Source: Candidatus Moanibacter sp.
GTDB taxonomy: Bacteria; Verrucomicrobiota; Verrucomicrobiia; Opitutales; UBA2987
Reading direction: 5' to 3'
Assembly (NCBI GenBank): GCA_965215885.1
Contig: CBDCEW010000099.1
Location: forward strand, 1-64,000
Length of the DNA stretch: 64,000 nt
The notes beneath the pieces are model-generated. The model did not search any database. It was not told the origin of the DNA and was given only the letters and a program-made list of their open reading frames with translations. Of the stretch, positions 52,046 through 61,954 are shown in pieces (within the stretch, counting starts at the first letter, position 1; each line of letters begins with the position of its first letter). Made by a program: the position numbers and the translations under genes.

Positions 52046-54232
52046 ATGGCGGCAGAGGAGACGAAACTGGAGTCAGTTCTTAGGAGAACCGTAGGCTCGC
52101 AGGGCTCAAAGGGAGAAACTCTCCTGGAGAATGCGACCGCCGGGCAGGTCACGGTCATCGAGGATGACATACAGCAATACCGCAATGACTGCATTGAATA
52201 TCTCGAAAGGGACTTTGGGAAATACGTAATTCGGGAGCCGATGCCCGTGGCTTCAGCAGAGGCGGATCTGTTTCTCGCGAATGATCGCGATACTGGTGTG
52301 GAGGTCGTGATTAAGCATTATCGTTTTGGAGTGGTGCCCAAGGTGGAGATTGCACAGAAGATTCAAGGCCCAGGCTGCGATCACATCATTGGGCTATTGG
52401 AAACAGGCGAGAAAGGAGGGCGGGTATTTGAGGTCATCGAGTATGCTCCTTTCGGAACCCTGGAGAATCTTCTGGAAGACATCAAAAGGGAGGAGAGTCT
52501 TCAACGTGAGACATTAGGCGAAATTGCGGCTGCGATCAATTACCTGCATGGAATCGATATAATTCATCGCGATATCAAACCCTCAAATATCCTCCTACGT
52601 CGACGCGATCCTCTAAACCTGGTGCTGACCGATTTCGGTATTTCGAGTGAAACGCATCTCTCACTCCATTTGACCACGACAAACCGGACCATCACCTACA
52701 GTGCGCCGGAAGCGCTGGTTGGTGTAGTGGCCCAGGCTTCGGATTGGTGGAGCCTCGGAATCATTATTCTTGAAATGACATCCGGGCGTCATCCATTTGC
52801 GGATATGACGGAGACGGCGGTGAATTTTCACCTTGTTTCGAAACCGGTTCCGGTGCCGGAGAATCTACCGGAGGAGTGGCAACAACTAATCAAGGGATTA
52901 CTCACTCGTGACCAGTACAGACGCTGGGGATACCCGGAGATCCAGCGATGGTTGGACGGGGAGACAATAATACCCCTCGATTACGAGAGTGAGACGGAAG
53001 GGGGAGTTTCAACCGGAATTTCCACGAAGCCGTATCGATTCGAAGACTCAGAGTTTGTCGATCCGCAATCCTTAGCGGAAGCGTTCGCCAAGGATTGGAG
53101 GGAGGCGATACAGCACATCGAGCGGCGCTACGTTGAGAGTTGGTTGGCCAACGATCTGGGTGATCAGCAGAGAGCCAAGCAGTTGGGGGATCTCCTTGAG
53201 GATTCGGAACTTCACCGGGATTGTTACCTTTCGCTTGCGCTACTCATCCTCAATACAGATCTTCCGCTTGTATTTAAAGGCGAGGTGGTGTCGAGGGAGT
53301 GGATGGTAAGTAATGTCAGGGACTCCATTCGCATGCTGGAATCGACGTTTCCGGATTGGCATCGGAAATTAACCGGTGATTCATGGATCGCTGATTTGAG
53401 AGATCACCGTATCTCCGTTATCAATGAGCTCGAACCTCACTATGATTTGGTCAAGGAGAGCGGGCAGAGCCCGACTCGCCCACCAATTTCGATGGGGCGA
53501 AGCAAGAAAGTGCCGGCAATGGCGGTTTCTGAAATCGTAAACCAGTATATCCTAAACGAGCCTCAAGAGATTATTGAAGGCGCCGCGAAATTTCGTGAAG
53601 GATTTCACAAAGCCAGGCATCCGTATCTGGCAAAACTCCTCAAACAATCAGAGCTTAGACTCTATGAGGCTATTCTATTGTTGTGTGCGCCACGCGATCT
53701 CTATCTCACTCGCCGACAATCTTACTTTCGCGCTCTATCGCAGTATGGCTTGAGTTTGGATCTTGCGCGTGTTGAACAGCTACTTGATTGCATACCGGAA
53801 GAGGTCGTTGAGCAGGCCATATCCTTTCGTGAGAAGTTTGCCTATAGCAATAACGAGAGGCTGCAGGAGTGTCTGCGGGTGGAGGAACTATCACTGCCGG
53901 ACGCTATTGCACTTCTTACATGTGATCCCGAATATCTGGTAACAGAGGAACAATGTAAGGGGGAGGAACAAGAGAAGCTGGTAAAGGAACGATTCGAGAA
54001 GCTGAGATCTCGTGGGTGGCCGGTTGATCGCGAATATGTCAAAGCTCTTTTCCCCTTTGGGAAATCCGAAGTCGTGCAGGAGGCATTGAAATTCAGGCAA
54101 GATTACAGAAAGGCGCTGGATCCCAATCTGCACGCACTTCTCAAGAAGGGAGATCTTTCATATGCGGAGGCTTTTGCTTTGCTGGCCTCTCCCAGAGACC
54201 TCTACGTGACGAAACTCAGATTCCGGTTATGA
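52046..54232 (+). CDS. Hanks-type Ser/Thr protein kinase with three C-terminal helical repeats
   Basis: Motifs VIKHY, HRDIKPSNIL, TDFGIS, YSAPE and DWWSLG. Confidence 0.92.
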   Translation: MAAEETKLESVLRRTVGSQGSKGETLLENATAGQVTVIEDDIQQYRNDCIEYLERDFGKYVIREPMPVASAEADLFLANDRDTGVEVVIKHYRFGVVPKVEIAQKIQGPGCDHIIGLLETGEKGGRVFEVIEYAPFGTLENLLEDIKREESLQRETLGEIAAAINYLHGIDIIHRDIKPSNILLRRRDPLNLVLTDFGISSETHLSLHLTTTNRTITYSAPEALVGVVAQASDWWSLGIIILEMTSGRHPFADMTETAVNFHLVSKPVPVPENLPEEWQQLIKGLLTRDQYRRWGYPEIQRWLDGETIIPLDYESETEGGVSTGISTKPYRFEDSEFVDPQSLAEAFAKDWREAIQHIERRYVESWLANDLGDQQRAKQLGDLLEDSELHRDCYLSLALLILNTDLPLVFKGEVVSREWMVSNVRDSIRMLESTFPDWHRKLTGDSWIADLRDHRISVINELEPHYDLVKESGQSPTRPPISMGRSKKVPAMAVSEIVNQYILNEPQEIIEGAAKFREGFHKARHPYLAKLLKQSELRLYEAILLLCAPRDLYLTRRQSYFRALSQYGLSLDLARVEQLLDCIPEEVVEQAISFREKFAYSNNERLQECLRVEELSLPDAIALLTCDPEYLVTEEQCKGEEQEKLVKERFEKLRSRGWPVDREYVKALFPFGKSEVVQEALKFRQDYRKALDPNLHALLKKGDLSYAEAFALLASPRDLYVTKLRFRL

Positions 54233-54234
54233 CA

Positions 54235-54403
54235 CCAGGAACCTGTCGGACTCTGTCGTCGGATTGTTATGCAAGTGCCAAATCGCGTCCGACAGGCTCC
54301 TGGTAAGAAATCTGTCGGTAGGAACTTAGCCTTAACCTGCATTGGTCGCCTTGATATCTAAACCTCGGTATATTGCGAAAGCACAAGTCCGACAGATTCC
54401 TAA
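54235..54403. mobile_element. two abutting family B MITEs
   Basis: CCAGGAACCTGTCGGAC...GTCCGACAGGCTCCTGG and TAAGAAATCTGTCGG...AAGTCCGACAGATTCCTAA. Confidence 0.75.
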
Positions 54404-55245
54404 TGGAGATCCAAATAAACAAAGTCCACTTTCCTGTCACGACCCTAGGAGCCGCCCACCGCCAGTTGACCATTCGTTTCGGTTGTCCGGTTCTTTTGTC
54501 CTGCCCGCTGTTGATCGTGACCGGAGCGGATCCATTCCACTGGGTCATGTTCTGGGCCGTTTCGAAGTGCGAACGATCGGTCCCGAACGCGCACAGCAAC
54601 CGGGGACTCATGACCTCGCCGGCTCCGGGAATGCCACTCGGATATGGAAGGCGCGTGGGGATTTGGACACAAGGGTGTTCCATCGTGCGGTGTCCGGGTT
54701 GCGTAAGCCGGGATACGTGGGAAACGCACGCCGGTTCAGCAATTGAAGTCGACATGTTACTTGAGGGGATTTCAAAATGGTTGAGACAAGCGGACGGGGT
54801 AACAGTTTCCGGGGGGGAGCCTTTTGATCAACCGGAGGCCTTGAGTTTTCTACTTGGCAGGATTCGCGCCGAATGTTCAGGAGACATCCTCGTCTATTCT
54901 GGTTATTCGAAGGAGAGACTATTTACGAGATTTTCCCCCTTGGTAGGTAAAATCGACGTTCTCATCTCCGAACCCTACACTCACGATTGCAGTGATAACC
55001 TTTACCTGCGTGGTTCTGATAACCAGAAAATATCTTTCATAACCGACCTTGCTCGAAGTATCGATCCCGAGGGAATCAATTTCATGGAAAAACCTGACCG
55101 CCCTTCATTCGACGTCAGTTTTGATGGCGAGACACTTTGGTTGGCGGGAATTCCAAAACGCGGCGAATTGAAGCAATTCAAGGAAATCCTCCTGCGTAAC
55201 GGCTACAGCTGCGTGACATCTGAGAGTTTGATAGTGCGCGCCTAG
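54403..55245 (+). CDS. radical-SAM/4Fe-4S single-cluster protein (NrdG-like) with a 192-bp in-frame insertion
   Basis: Reads HFPVTTLG[64 aa]YGRRVGIWTQGCSIVRCPGC; further motifs GVTVSGGEPFDQ, YSGY and LRGSDNQ. Confidence 0.85.
   Translation: MEIQINKVHFPVTTLGAAHRQLTIRFGCPVLLSCPLLIVTGADPFHWVMFWAVSKCERSVPNAHSNRGLMTSPAPGMPLGYGRRVGIWTQGCSIVRCPGCVSRDTWETHAGSAIEVDMLLEGISKWLRQADGVTVSGGEPFDQPEALSFLLGRIRAECSGDILVYSGYSKERLFTRFSPLVGKIDVLISEPYTHDCSDNLYLRGSDNQKISFITDLARSIDPEGINFMEKPDRPSFDVSFDGETLWLAGIPKRGELKQFKEILLRNGYSCVTSESLIVRA
54445..54636 (-). mobile_element. internal IS110-family transposase fragment
   Basis: The minus strand reads GIPGAGEVMSPRLLCAFGTDRSHFETAQNMTQWNGSAPVTINSG...VNWRWAAP, matching the IS110 (Transposase_20) pattern PGxG....RF......G.AP....SG. 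Confidence 0.75.
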
Positions 55246-55342
55246 GAAGCTGTCGGATTTCGCTTAGCGACTTTTCCGAACGCTCCTGCATTCTGGGACC
55301 ATTCGTGGATCACGGCCGATTCCACTACCGACCTCTTCCTCG
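55242..55342. mobile_element. degenerate family B MITE at the radical-SAM stop codon
   Basis: Ends CTAGGAAGCTGTCGGA...CCGACCTCTTCCT. Confidence 0.55.
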
Positions 55343-55432
55343 TCACTCTAGGGGCCTTTCGGTATAGTCCGGCAGGTTCTCGTAGGATCGTTTTGCCTTC
55401 CTGCCGTTTCTTTGCCTAACTGGAATTCGAAA

Positions 55433-56071
55433 ATGGTGGAAACGTCCGATTCAAAGGTCAAGATATGTCCCAGCTGCGAAGGGGAGAATTTGTCTGTCGA
55501 CTTTTTCTGCAGGAGCTGTGGGGCGGACATTTCCTCCGTTGAGACTCAGGAAAAGGGGACCGAGTCGGAGAATAGAGAAAAGACGGATGACGAAGAGCAC
55601 CCTCATGAAGGGAAAGTATGTCCTGAATGCGGCAGCAGGGTTGAGGCGGTTTTCCCTCTTTGTTCCACATGCGGGCATGAATTTTCGGAGGAGGGTAATG
55701 AAATTCATGGGCCCGGGAGGGCGGTCGGCAAGGGGAGGTTAATCGAAGAAAGGGAGCCTCTTCAACTAGTAATCGGGGAAGACGTATTTCCGCTTGCCAA
55801 CGGTGATATTCTTGGCCGCGAAGGGACTGTGGCCGGGGATTACTTCAATACTTTTCCAACCGTTTCGCGGCAGCACCTCTTTGTAGCATTCGATGGCCGA
55901 AATTGGTCAATCTCGGTGCCGCGATCGGTAAGAAACCCTACTCTCCTCGATGGCAAAGAAATGACACGCGGTCAGATGCTCGTTCTGAGCGGGGAACATC
56001 GTGTTCAATTGTCGTCTCAATGTTCAGTAACACTGAGAGTATCTCATCACGGTTCTGGCGATGGCCCGTGA
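55433..56071 (+). CDS. double zinc-ribbon plus FHA domain protein
   Basis: CPSC..CRSC and CPEC..CSTC ribbons, followed by FHA motifs LGR, VSRQH and NPTLLDG. Confidence 0.88.
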   Translation: MVETSDSKVKICPSCEGENLSVDFFCRSCGADISSVETQEKGTESENREKTDDEEHPHEGKVCPECGSRVEAVFPLCSTCGHEFSEEGNEIHGPGRAVGKGRLIEEREPLQLVIGEDVFPLANGDILGREGTVAGDYFNTFPTVSRQHLFVAFDGRNWSISVPRSVRNPTLLDGKEMTRGQMLVLSGEHRVQLSSQCSVTLRVSHHGSGDGP

Positions 56072-56081
56072 GCTTGGGGTG

Positions 56082-56263
56082 CTAGCCCGGACATTTCACA
56101 AACCATCTGCTGCGACCACAGATGTCACTGCGGATCAAGGCCTTCTCTTCTTCGGCGACCTCAGAGGGTTCCAACACACTGTCGCCCGCCGGACTGCGAA
56201 AAGACCTTGATCCGCAGCAACCTACGCGGTCTCGCTACGATGTGTGTGAAATGTCCGGGCTAG
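56082..56263. mobile_element. MITE family A (best-conserved copy)
   Basis: Perfect 19-bp inverted ends CTAGCCCGGACATTTCACA / TGTGAAATGTCCGGGCTAG. Confidence 0.88.
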
Positions 56264-56285
56264 AGGCTGGTACTGTAAGAGAATC

Positions 56286-56444
56286 CTACTCTTCAGGCTT
56301 GGTCTTGGGGAGACCGCTGACCCGGTCACCTTCTTTCCATTGTCCTCTTTTCTTTAGAAGGGCTACCCTTTCAAAGCGCTTGAGGACGTTTTTCTTTCTC
56401 AGGGCGCGACCACCGCCCTTTTTAAAGCTGGAGTGCTGGGACAT
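56286..56444 (-). CDS. PVC-superphylum small basic protein
   Basis: MSQHSSFK...KNVLKRFERV..LKKRGQWKEGDRVSGLPKTK matches the Chlamydiae/Verrucomicrobia/Planctomycetes signature protein. Confidence 0.9.
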   Translation of the reverse strand: MSQHSSFKKGGGRALRKKNVLKRFERVALLKKRGQWKEGDRVSGLPKTKPEE

Positions 56445-56487
56445 GATGTTCGCCTGATTAAAGAGAATCATATTGAAAGATCAACGA

Positions 56488-56808
56488 TTATTTTGAACAC
56501 ATCTCCATGGCCCAATCAAGGTAAGGTTTGGAAACGTCTACTGTCTCGAACACGACCCACTCCGGGGTTTCATAAGGATGAATTTTCAAAATCCAATCTC
56601 GCAGCGAATCGGCGAGGCCTTCGGGAAACTTGAACATAATCCGATATTCGGAGGAACTCTCGACTGAGTTTTTCCAAGTATATACGGATTCTATGGGACC
56701 TTCGATCTGTGCACAGGCCGCGAGCTTCTCCTTGACCGCGCCATGGGCAAGTTTTTCGGCATCATCCCGGGTTTCAGTGGTGGAATATCCAATACATAAA
56801 TTGCTCAT
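56488..56808 (-). CDS. cutA: divalent-cation tolerance protein CutA
   Basis: Motifs KLAACAQI, SVYTWK and HPYETPE. Confidence 0.93.
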   Translation of the reverse strand: MSNLCIGYSTTETRDDAEKLAHGAVKEKLAACAQIEGPIESVYTWKNSVESSSEYRIMFKFPEGLADSLRDWILKIHPYETPEWVVFETVDVSKPYLDWAMEMCSK

Positions 56809-56955
56809 GAGGCAAATTAACTAAGAAAGCTGTTGTAAAACCGCAACAATGTTCCCATTTTACCTGATTTTCCATTTTCCTGCGTGGCAGGAAGTGGCTG
56901 TTTAATTGAAGGGACATTTTTGTAATTGTCCTAACTAAAAAGGAGCACGCGCACC

Positions 56956-57171
56956 TTGAGAGACGACTATATTGAGGAAGCACAGAAAATCATCCCCGAC
57001 CCTAATATCTTGATCAATGTGGTATCGCGGAGAGTTAAACAGTTAAAATTTGGCCAGAAGCCACTCGTAGAATCCCTGGAGCGACTTAGCCTGGAAGATA
57101 CCGCGCTACGTGAAGTGATCGAAGGCAAGATAGATTACGAACTCTTCGAGCAGGATTCTGAAGAAGAGTAG
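56956..57171 (+). CDS. rpoZ: RNA polymerase omega subunit
   Basis: Motif LINVVSRRVKQL..G.KPLV....TALREVIEGKI. Confidence 0.9.
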   Translation: MRDDYIEEAQKIIPDPNILINVVSRRVKQLKFGQKPLVESLERLSLEDTALREVIEGKIDYELFEQDSEEE

Positions 57172-57478
57172 CTCGGAAATCTTGTGAGATTGCAAGTAGG
57201 TAGCGGATCTGGTTCACCCAATCCATTATTCCTGCTTTCCGAGTGTGGACAAGGAGTCAGCCGCCTTCGCCGCGACAATATTGCGAGCCAAGAGCCATAG
57301 GCATGCCGTAGGGCAGGATTCGGGGTGAATCGCCTTGCGGGACAGTTGCCCAGATAAATACAAATTACTCCGATCGTGTCCGTCATCGGAGCAGCTTTGA
57401 AATTGAAACTCGTTGGCAAGTGGATACCCTGCTAGTATTCATTCTCATTACCGTTATCTATCAACCAACCCTCGCGAG

Positions 57479-59832
57479 ATGATATCCAATATTAGAGAGC
57501 GAGCGATTCTGCTCCTCGTGGCTTTCGGAATTGCCAATACTACCTACGCTTCAACGCTGATCGATTACTTCGATAATGCTGTCATAGACGCCACTAAGTG
57601 GATCATCCTGCTCCCGATTGCGGATTCCGACCTCTCCGTCTCAAAAACAGCACCATCCAGTTTCGTTCACGCGGAACCCTCGCATCGACACTCAGATTCG
57701 AGGACCGGATCGAAATCGTCGGTCGATTTCAATTCAAGAGTTCCGATGATAACTTCAAAGTCGTTTTCCGCTCGAGCCTCGATTCAGTCAATGAAAGTGG
57801 GGAGAGGAACGGAATCATCGTCGCCTTCGCGAACGATGGAAACGAGGTCAGCATTCAGGAATCCCAGGAAAATTCGATGGAGATCCTCGCCGCGACACCG
57901 GTCGATCTAGAAAATGAACAGGACGTCGAATTTCGGATTAACGACGATGGTCAAATTATCGCACTTTACATCGATGACTTTCAGACTCCCCTCCTCTCCG
58001 CGAATAGCGCTTTTCGAGCCGGAGGGCATGTTGCAATCTACAACCGCGAACTCTCATCCTCGGAGTCCGAATTGGACTTCGTATTCGTGGCTAACGATTC
58101 TGGAGGTGGGATAGGACAGAAATTCAGCGCATCCATTCGCGCTAATTCCTTCTCCTTTTCTCTCGGAAGCACCCGCATAAACACGGCGGACACTGTAGTT
58201 TTCACCACATACGACGGCCTGTCTGAGACACCTCTCTTCGACACTTTTGGCTCTGCGGTGGTCGTGAGCGGTGAATTCAAACCTGTGCCAATTGGAAGTA
58301 CGACATACCGCTCTGACTACGGCGTAATCGATCCGGACGGAAATCTGAACGAATTTGGCACGGTGACCACGCAATTTCCCGAGGTGGACACCGATGGCAA
58401 CGGCGTTGTCGATTCCTTGCAGATCGAGAACAGCACTTCTCTTACAATAAGCGGAACAGCGGTTCCCGACTTCAGTGCAAGTGGTACTGGTGATTCTGTC
58501 TTTACGGTATCGCTCACACGCATGCCGGGTGCTTCATTCGGCAATTACGCCGGCCAATTCTCAAACGCGGTAAACTCCTCTTCTTTCGAGGGGATATTCG
58601 GTCTCCTTGATGTCAGCGGCTTCGCCTTTTACGGGATGGCCACGTCAAACACGATCGAGATAAATCTGGAGAGTCGCTCGCTCGGCTTGCTCCTTCTGGA
58701 TTTGAGTGGCCTTACGACATTCCGCATCGACGGGCTGGATCAACTCACGATTGATTCGTTTACTCTCATCGACCGCCCAACAGGCGATGAATTTGGTGTA
58801 TTCGAATCTGTCCTTACTCGCAATGGCGATACTTATCGGGGCGAGTTTGAGATCTTTGACGGACTTCAAAACACCTCCTGGCGCGACTTTCAAAATTATG
58901 TCATCGAAGTCACGGATCCAAATGATAGTGATAATGACGGAATTCCAAACCTGACCGATCCCGTTCCCAGTCAGGACGACTCCGATTCAATCTTATTGTC
59001 GGGTAGCGCCCGCCTCGTCAACGACCGCACCCTCTTTCAGGATAATATCTACAATGGATTTGAGTTGAGCGGCCCCCGCGCTTCTTTCTCGTCGCGTCCC
59101 GGTGAAATCACAAGAGTGTCTTTCATTGATCCGGACGGCGATCTCATCTTCGTCGAGTTCGGAAGTGACGATGAAAACACCTTATTGACGATTTTACTCG
59201 AGGATTTCCAGGAACCGCAACCTTCTCCCTACACCCAACCGGGGACACGCTATGTAGAGGGCCTTGCTAATATCACAATCGACAATCCCACGCCGGCAAC
59301 CTTCATCTCCATCTTTTCCCTTGGAAACGACGCTGCCCGAGTGGACCCTTCACTCATAAACATTCAGACCCTGGAAATTCCTGTTGATGGAATCGCGGAC
59401 GTTAAGTTCCTTCGGATAAATGCCCCCGAAGGGATGCAGGCGACCATTGGAGGCATAAACGCCGCCAATGCCGACTTTACGGGAAGGTTCGGATTTGTCG
59501 GTATCGACGCGCTCAATACCAACGTCAACCTCTTTCTCTTTATCGGAGACATTACTCCCTTGGACTCAGCGCTTCCAAGAATCATCGTAAACCCGGATTC
59601 CCCCATCTCGGAAATTCGAATTACCGGTGGAGACCTCCGCGAGGCAACCGAAGACAAGCAGATAGACACGAACGGAGCGGTATATTTCTTTGATATCATC
59701 GCTGACGAAGGCCAGCGCTCAATAAGCAACGGATTTCTGCGCTTCGATCTCGGCGACGGAAGTATTCCAGCGGCGACCGATACCTTCGAGGAAAATATCG
59801 ATAGTTACTTCGTGACCGACGGTCAAAGATGA
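57479..59832 (+). CDS. secreted acidic beta-rich protein (one frameshift near 57645)
   Basis: The signal peptide in ORF 57479.. joins ORF 57598..59832 with one extra A in the A5 run 57643-57647. It has Ca-binding-type DTDGNGVVD and DSDNDGIPN motifs. Confidence 0.7.
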
Positions 59833-59905
59833 CCTGACGTCATGTTTTTTCGTTCGGCGGGAGTCCGGAGAGAAAAGACGAACGCGAAGGTCCAACGGAT
59901 TTCCA

Positions 59906-60382
59906 TTGAGCAAAAAGAGAGACAGCAAACTCCGCTACAGAGAGATTCGAAACAAAAAGGTCTACAGGAATTTCTTTGTAGGCGAGGCTTTTGAGGCGGG
60001 AATCGTACTGACTGGAACCGAAGTGAAGTCGATTCGGAGCGGGCAGGTACAGATTAGCGACTCCTTTGCAAGAGTGGAAAAGGGAAGGGTGATGCTTTAC
60101 CATGCCCATATCGCGGAATACGCATTTGGAAGTGGCAGCAACCATAATCCTTACCGTCCGAGGGAGCTATTGCTGCACAAACGCGAGATTCGCAAGATCG
60201 GCCAAGAGCTTCAAAGTGGAGGAAAATCTCTAGTGCCTACACGGATGTACTTCAGGAAGGCGCTGATAAAAGTTGAGATCGCTCTGTGCACCGGAAAGAA
60301 ACATGGCGATAAACGGCAGGATCTGAGAAAGAAAGTCGAGCTTCGGGAAGCACAACGCTTTTTAAAGTATCGAGAAAGATGA
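59906..60382 (+). CDS. smpB: SsrA-binding protein
   Basis: Motifs NKK, EAGIVLTGTEVKSIR, LLLHKREI and GKK..DKR. Confidence 0.97.
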   Translation: MSKKRDSKLRYREIRNKKVYRNFFVGEAFEAGIVLTGTEVKSIRSGQVQISDSFARVEKGRVMLYHAHIAEYAFGSGSNHNPYRPRELLLHKREIRKIGQELQSGGKSLVPTRMYFRKALIKVEIALCTGKKHGDKRQDLRKKVELREAQRFLKYRER

Positions 60383-60400
60383 GAGAACGATCAGTAGATC

Positions 60401-61954
60401 GTGATGAAAAGTAAAGGTGTAATTGCGGCCGGACATATTGAAACCGCGCGGGCGGGAAGAGCAGCTCTGGAGGCGGGAGGAAATGCGTTCGATGCCGCAG
60501 TTGCCGCTTTTTTCGCAGCCTGTGTGGCGGAGACGGTTCTCACTTCGCCCGGCGGTGGCGGTTTTCTCCTTGCGCACACTCCGAGTGAGGAAGTGCTCTA
60601 TGACTTTTTTACGCAGACTCCTCGGAATTCCCTATTAAGGGAACTCAATTTTTATCCGGTTGAGGCGGATTTCGGAGCAACGAAGCAAGAGTTTCACATT
60701 GGAATCGGCGCCTGTGCCACACCCGGCGCAATTCGAGGAATCTTCGAAGTCCATGCCAACCACTGTACGCTGCCTATGAATGTCCTCATTGAACCGGCTC
60801 TGAAGTTGGGGAGAGAGGGAGTGGCAATCGATGGTTTTCTGCCGTATCTGTTTAAAGTCGTTGAGCAGATCTACCTCGCTACTCCCGGGTCAGTCGAGAT
60901 TTTCCAAAGTAAGAGAAACCCTCCAAAAGTTGTGGGCGAAAAGGACGTATTGAAACAACATGAATTGGCGGATTTCTTTGAGACGCTTGCTGCCGAAGGT
61001 CCCGATTTTTTCTATCTGGGAGAAGTGGCCCACACCATCGTGGGCGAGTGTAATGAAAGAGGGGGTCAACTCACCCTGGAGGACTTTGCGAAATATAAGG
61101 TGGAAAAACGACACCCCTTGATTGTGAGGTATAATGAGGCGAAGATCCTGACGAACCCACTCCCTTCACTCGGTGGAACGCTGATTGGTTTAGCTCTCAA
61201 ATTACTTGAAGAGGCCCGAGTCCACCAACACTCTTTTGGCTCCTTACCTCACCTTGATATTCTCGCTCGCTCCATGGAACTGACCGGCGATGTAAAACAG
61301 AAGCATTGTGGGTACGAATCGCTGGAGAGTGGCGCGGTGAAGGAGTTGATGGATCCGAGACTGAATGCGGACTTCCAGAAGATCATTTCCCGGCACGCTT
61401 TGAGTATTCAAGGAACGACCCATATCAGTGTGATTGACGTTGAAGGGAATGTAGCCGCTTTGACAATGTCGAACGGCTCCGGCTCCGGTTTTATTGTGCC
61501 AGGGTGCGGCTTTATGTTGAACAACATGCTTGGTGAAGAAGATCTCAATCGGCGAGGCTTTCACCGCTGGGAGCCGAATACGAGAATAGCCTCGATGATG
61601 TCGCCCAGCATTATCTTCAAAGGGAAAGGCATCACTGCGACAGGTTCGGGCGGATCTAATAGAATTCGCTCAGCCATCCTTCAGGTGATGCTCAATTGTA
61701 TCGATTTCGATATGAGGGTGGAAGATTCGGTCAAAAGCCCGCGTATCCATTTCGAAAATGGCCTCTTGAATGTTGAGGATGGATTCCCTCGAGAGGTAAT
61801 CGATTCTCTAAAGAACCAATATGCCAGCCTTAAGCTCTGGCCTGACCGCAGCTTATTCTTTGGAGGCGCCCACACCGCCTACCGCCTCGCTACAGGTGAA
61901 TTGGGAGGCGTCGGTGATCCCAGGCGGGGAGGCGTCTGCCTTTTGGTCCCGTAG
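60401..61954 (+). CDS. ggt: gamma-glutamyltransferase
   Basis: Motifs GGNAFDAAVA, GTTHISVID (catalytic Thr), LNNMLG, SMMSP, GSGGSNRI and DPRRGG. Confidence 0.92.
   Translation: MMKSKGVIAAGHIETARAGRAALEAGGNAFDAAVAAFFAACVAETVLTSPGGGGFLLAHTPSEEVLYDFFTQTPRNSLLRELNFYPVEADFGATKQEFHIGIGACATPGAIRGIFEVHANHCTLPMNVLIEPALKLGREGVAIDGFLPYLFKVVEQIYLATPGSVEIFQSKRNPPKVVGEKDVLKQHELADFFETLAAEGPDFFYLGEVAHTIVGECNERGGQLTLEDFAKYKVEKRHPLIVRYNEAKILTNPLPSLGGTLIGLALKLLEEARVHQHSFGSLPHLDILARSMELTGDVKQKHCGYESLESGAVKELMDPRLNADFQKIISRHALSIQGTTHISVIDVEGNVAALTMSNGSGSGFIVPGCGFMLNNMLGEEDLNRRGFHRWEPNTRIASMMSPSIIFKGKGITATGSGGSNRIRSAILQVMLNCIDFDMRVEDSVKSPRIHFENGLLNVEDGFPREVIDSLKNQYASLKLWPDRSLFFGGAHTAYRLATGELGGVGDPRRGGVCLLVP

Noticed and set aside
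54445..54642. Intein or self-splicing intron in the radical-SAM gene
   Set aside because: There are no intein ends (C/S...HN) or intron consensus, and the antisense strand reads as IS110 transposase.
50079..56071. Type VI secretion accessory cluster (ClpV/PpkA/Fha)
   Set aside because: There are no T6SS structural genes, the ATPase lacks ClpV N/D1 domains, and the kinase has no TM segment.
57172..57478. tmRNA (ssrA) near smpB
   Set aside because: I found no GGGG 5' end, tRNA-like 3' end or tag peptide.
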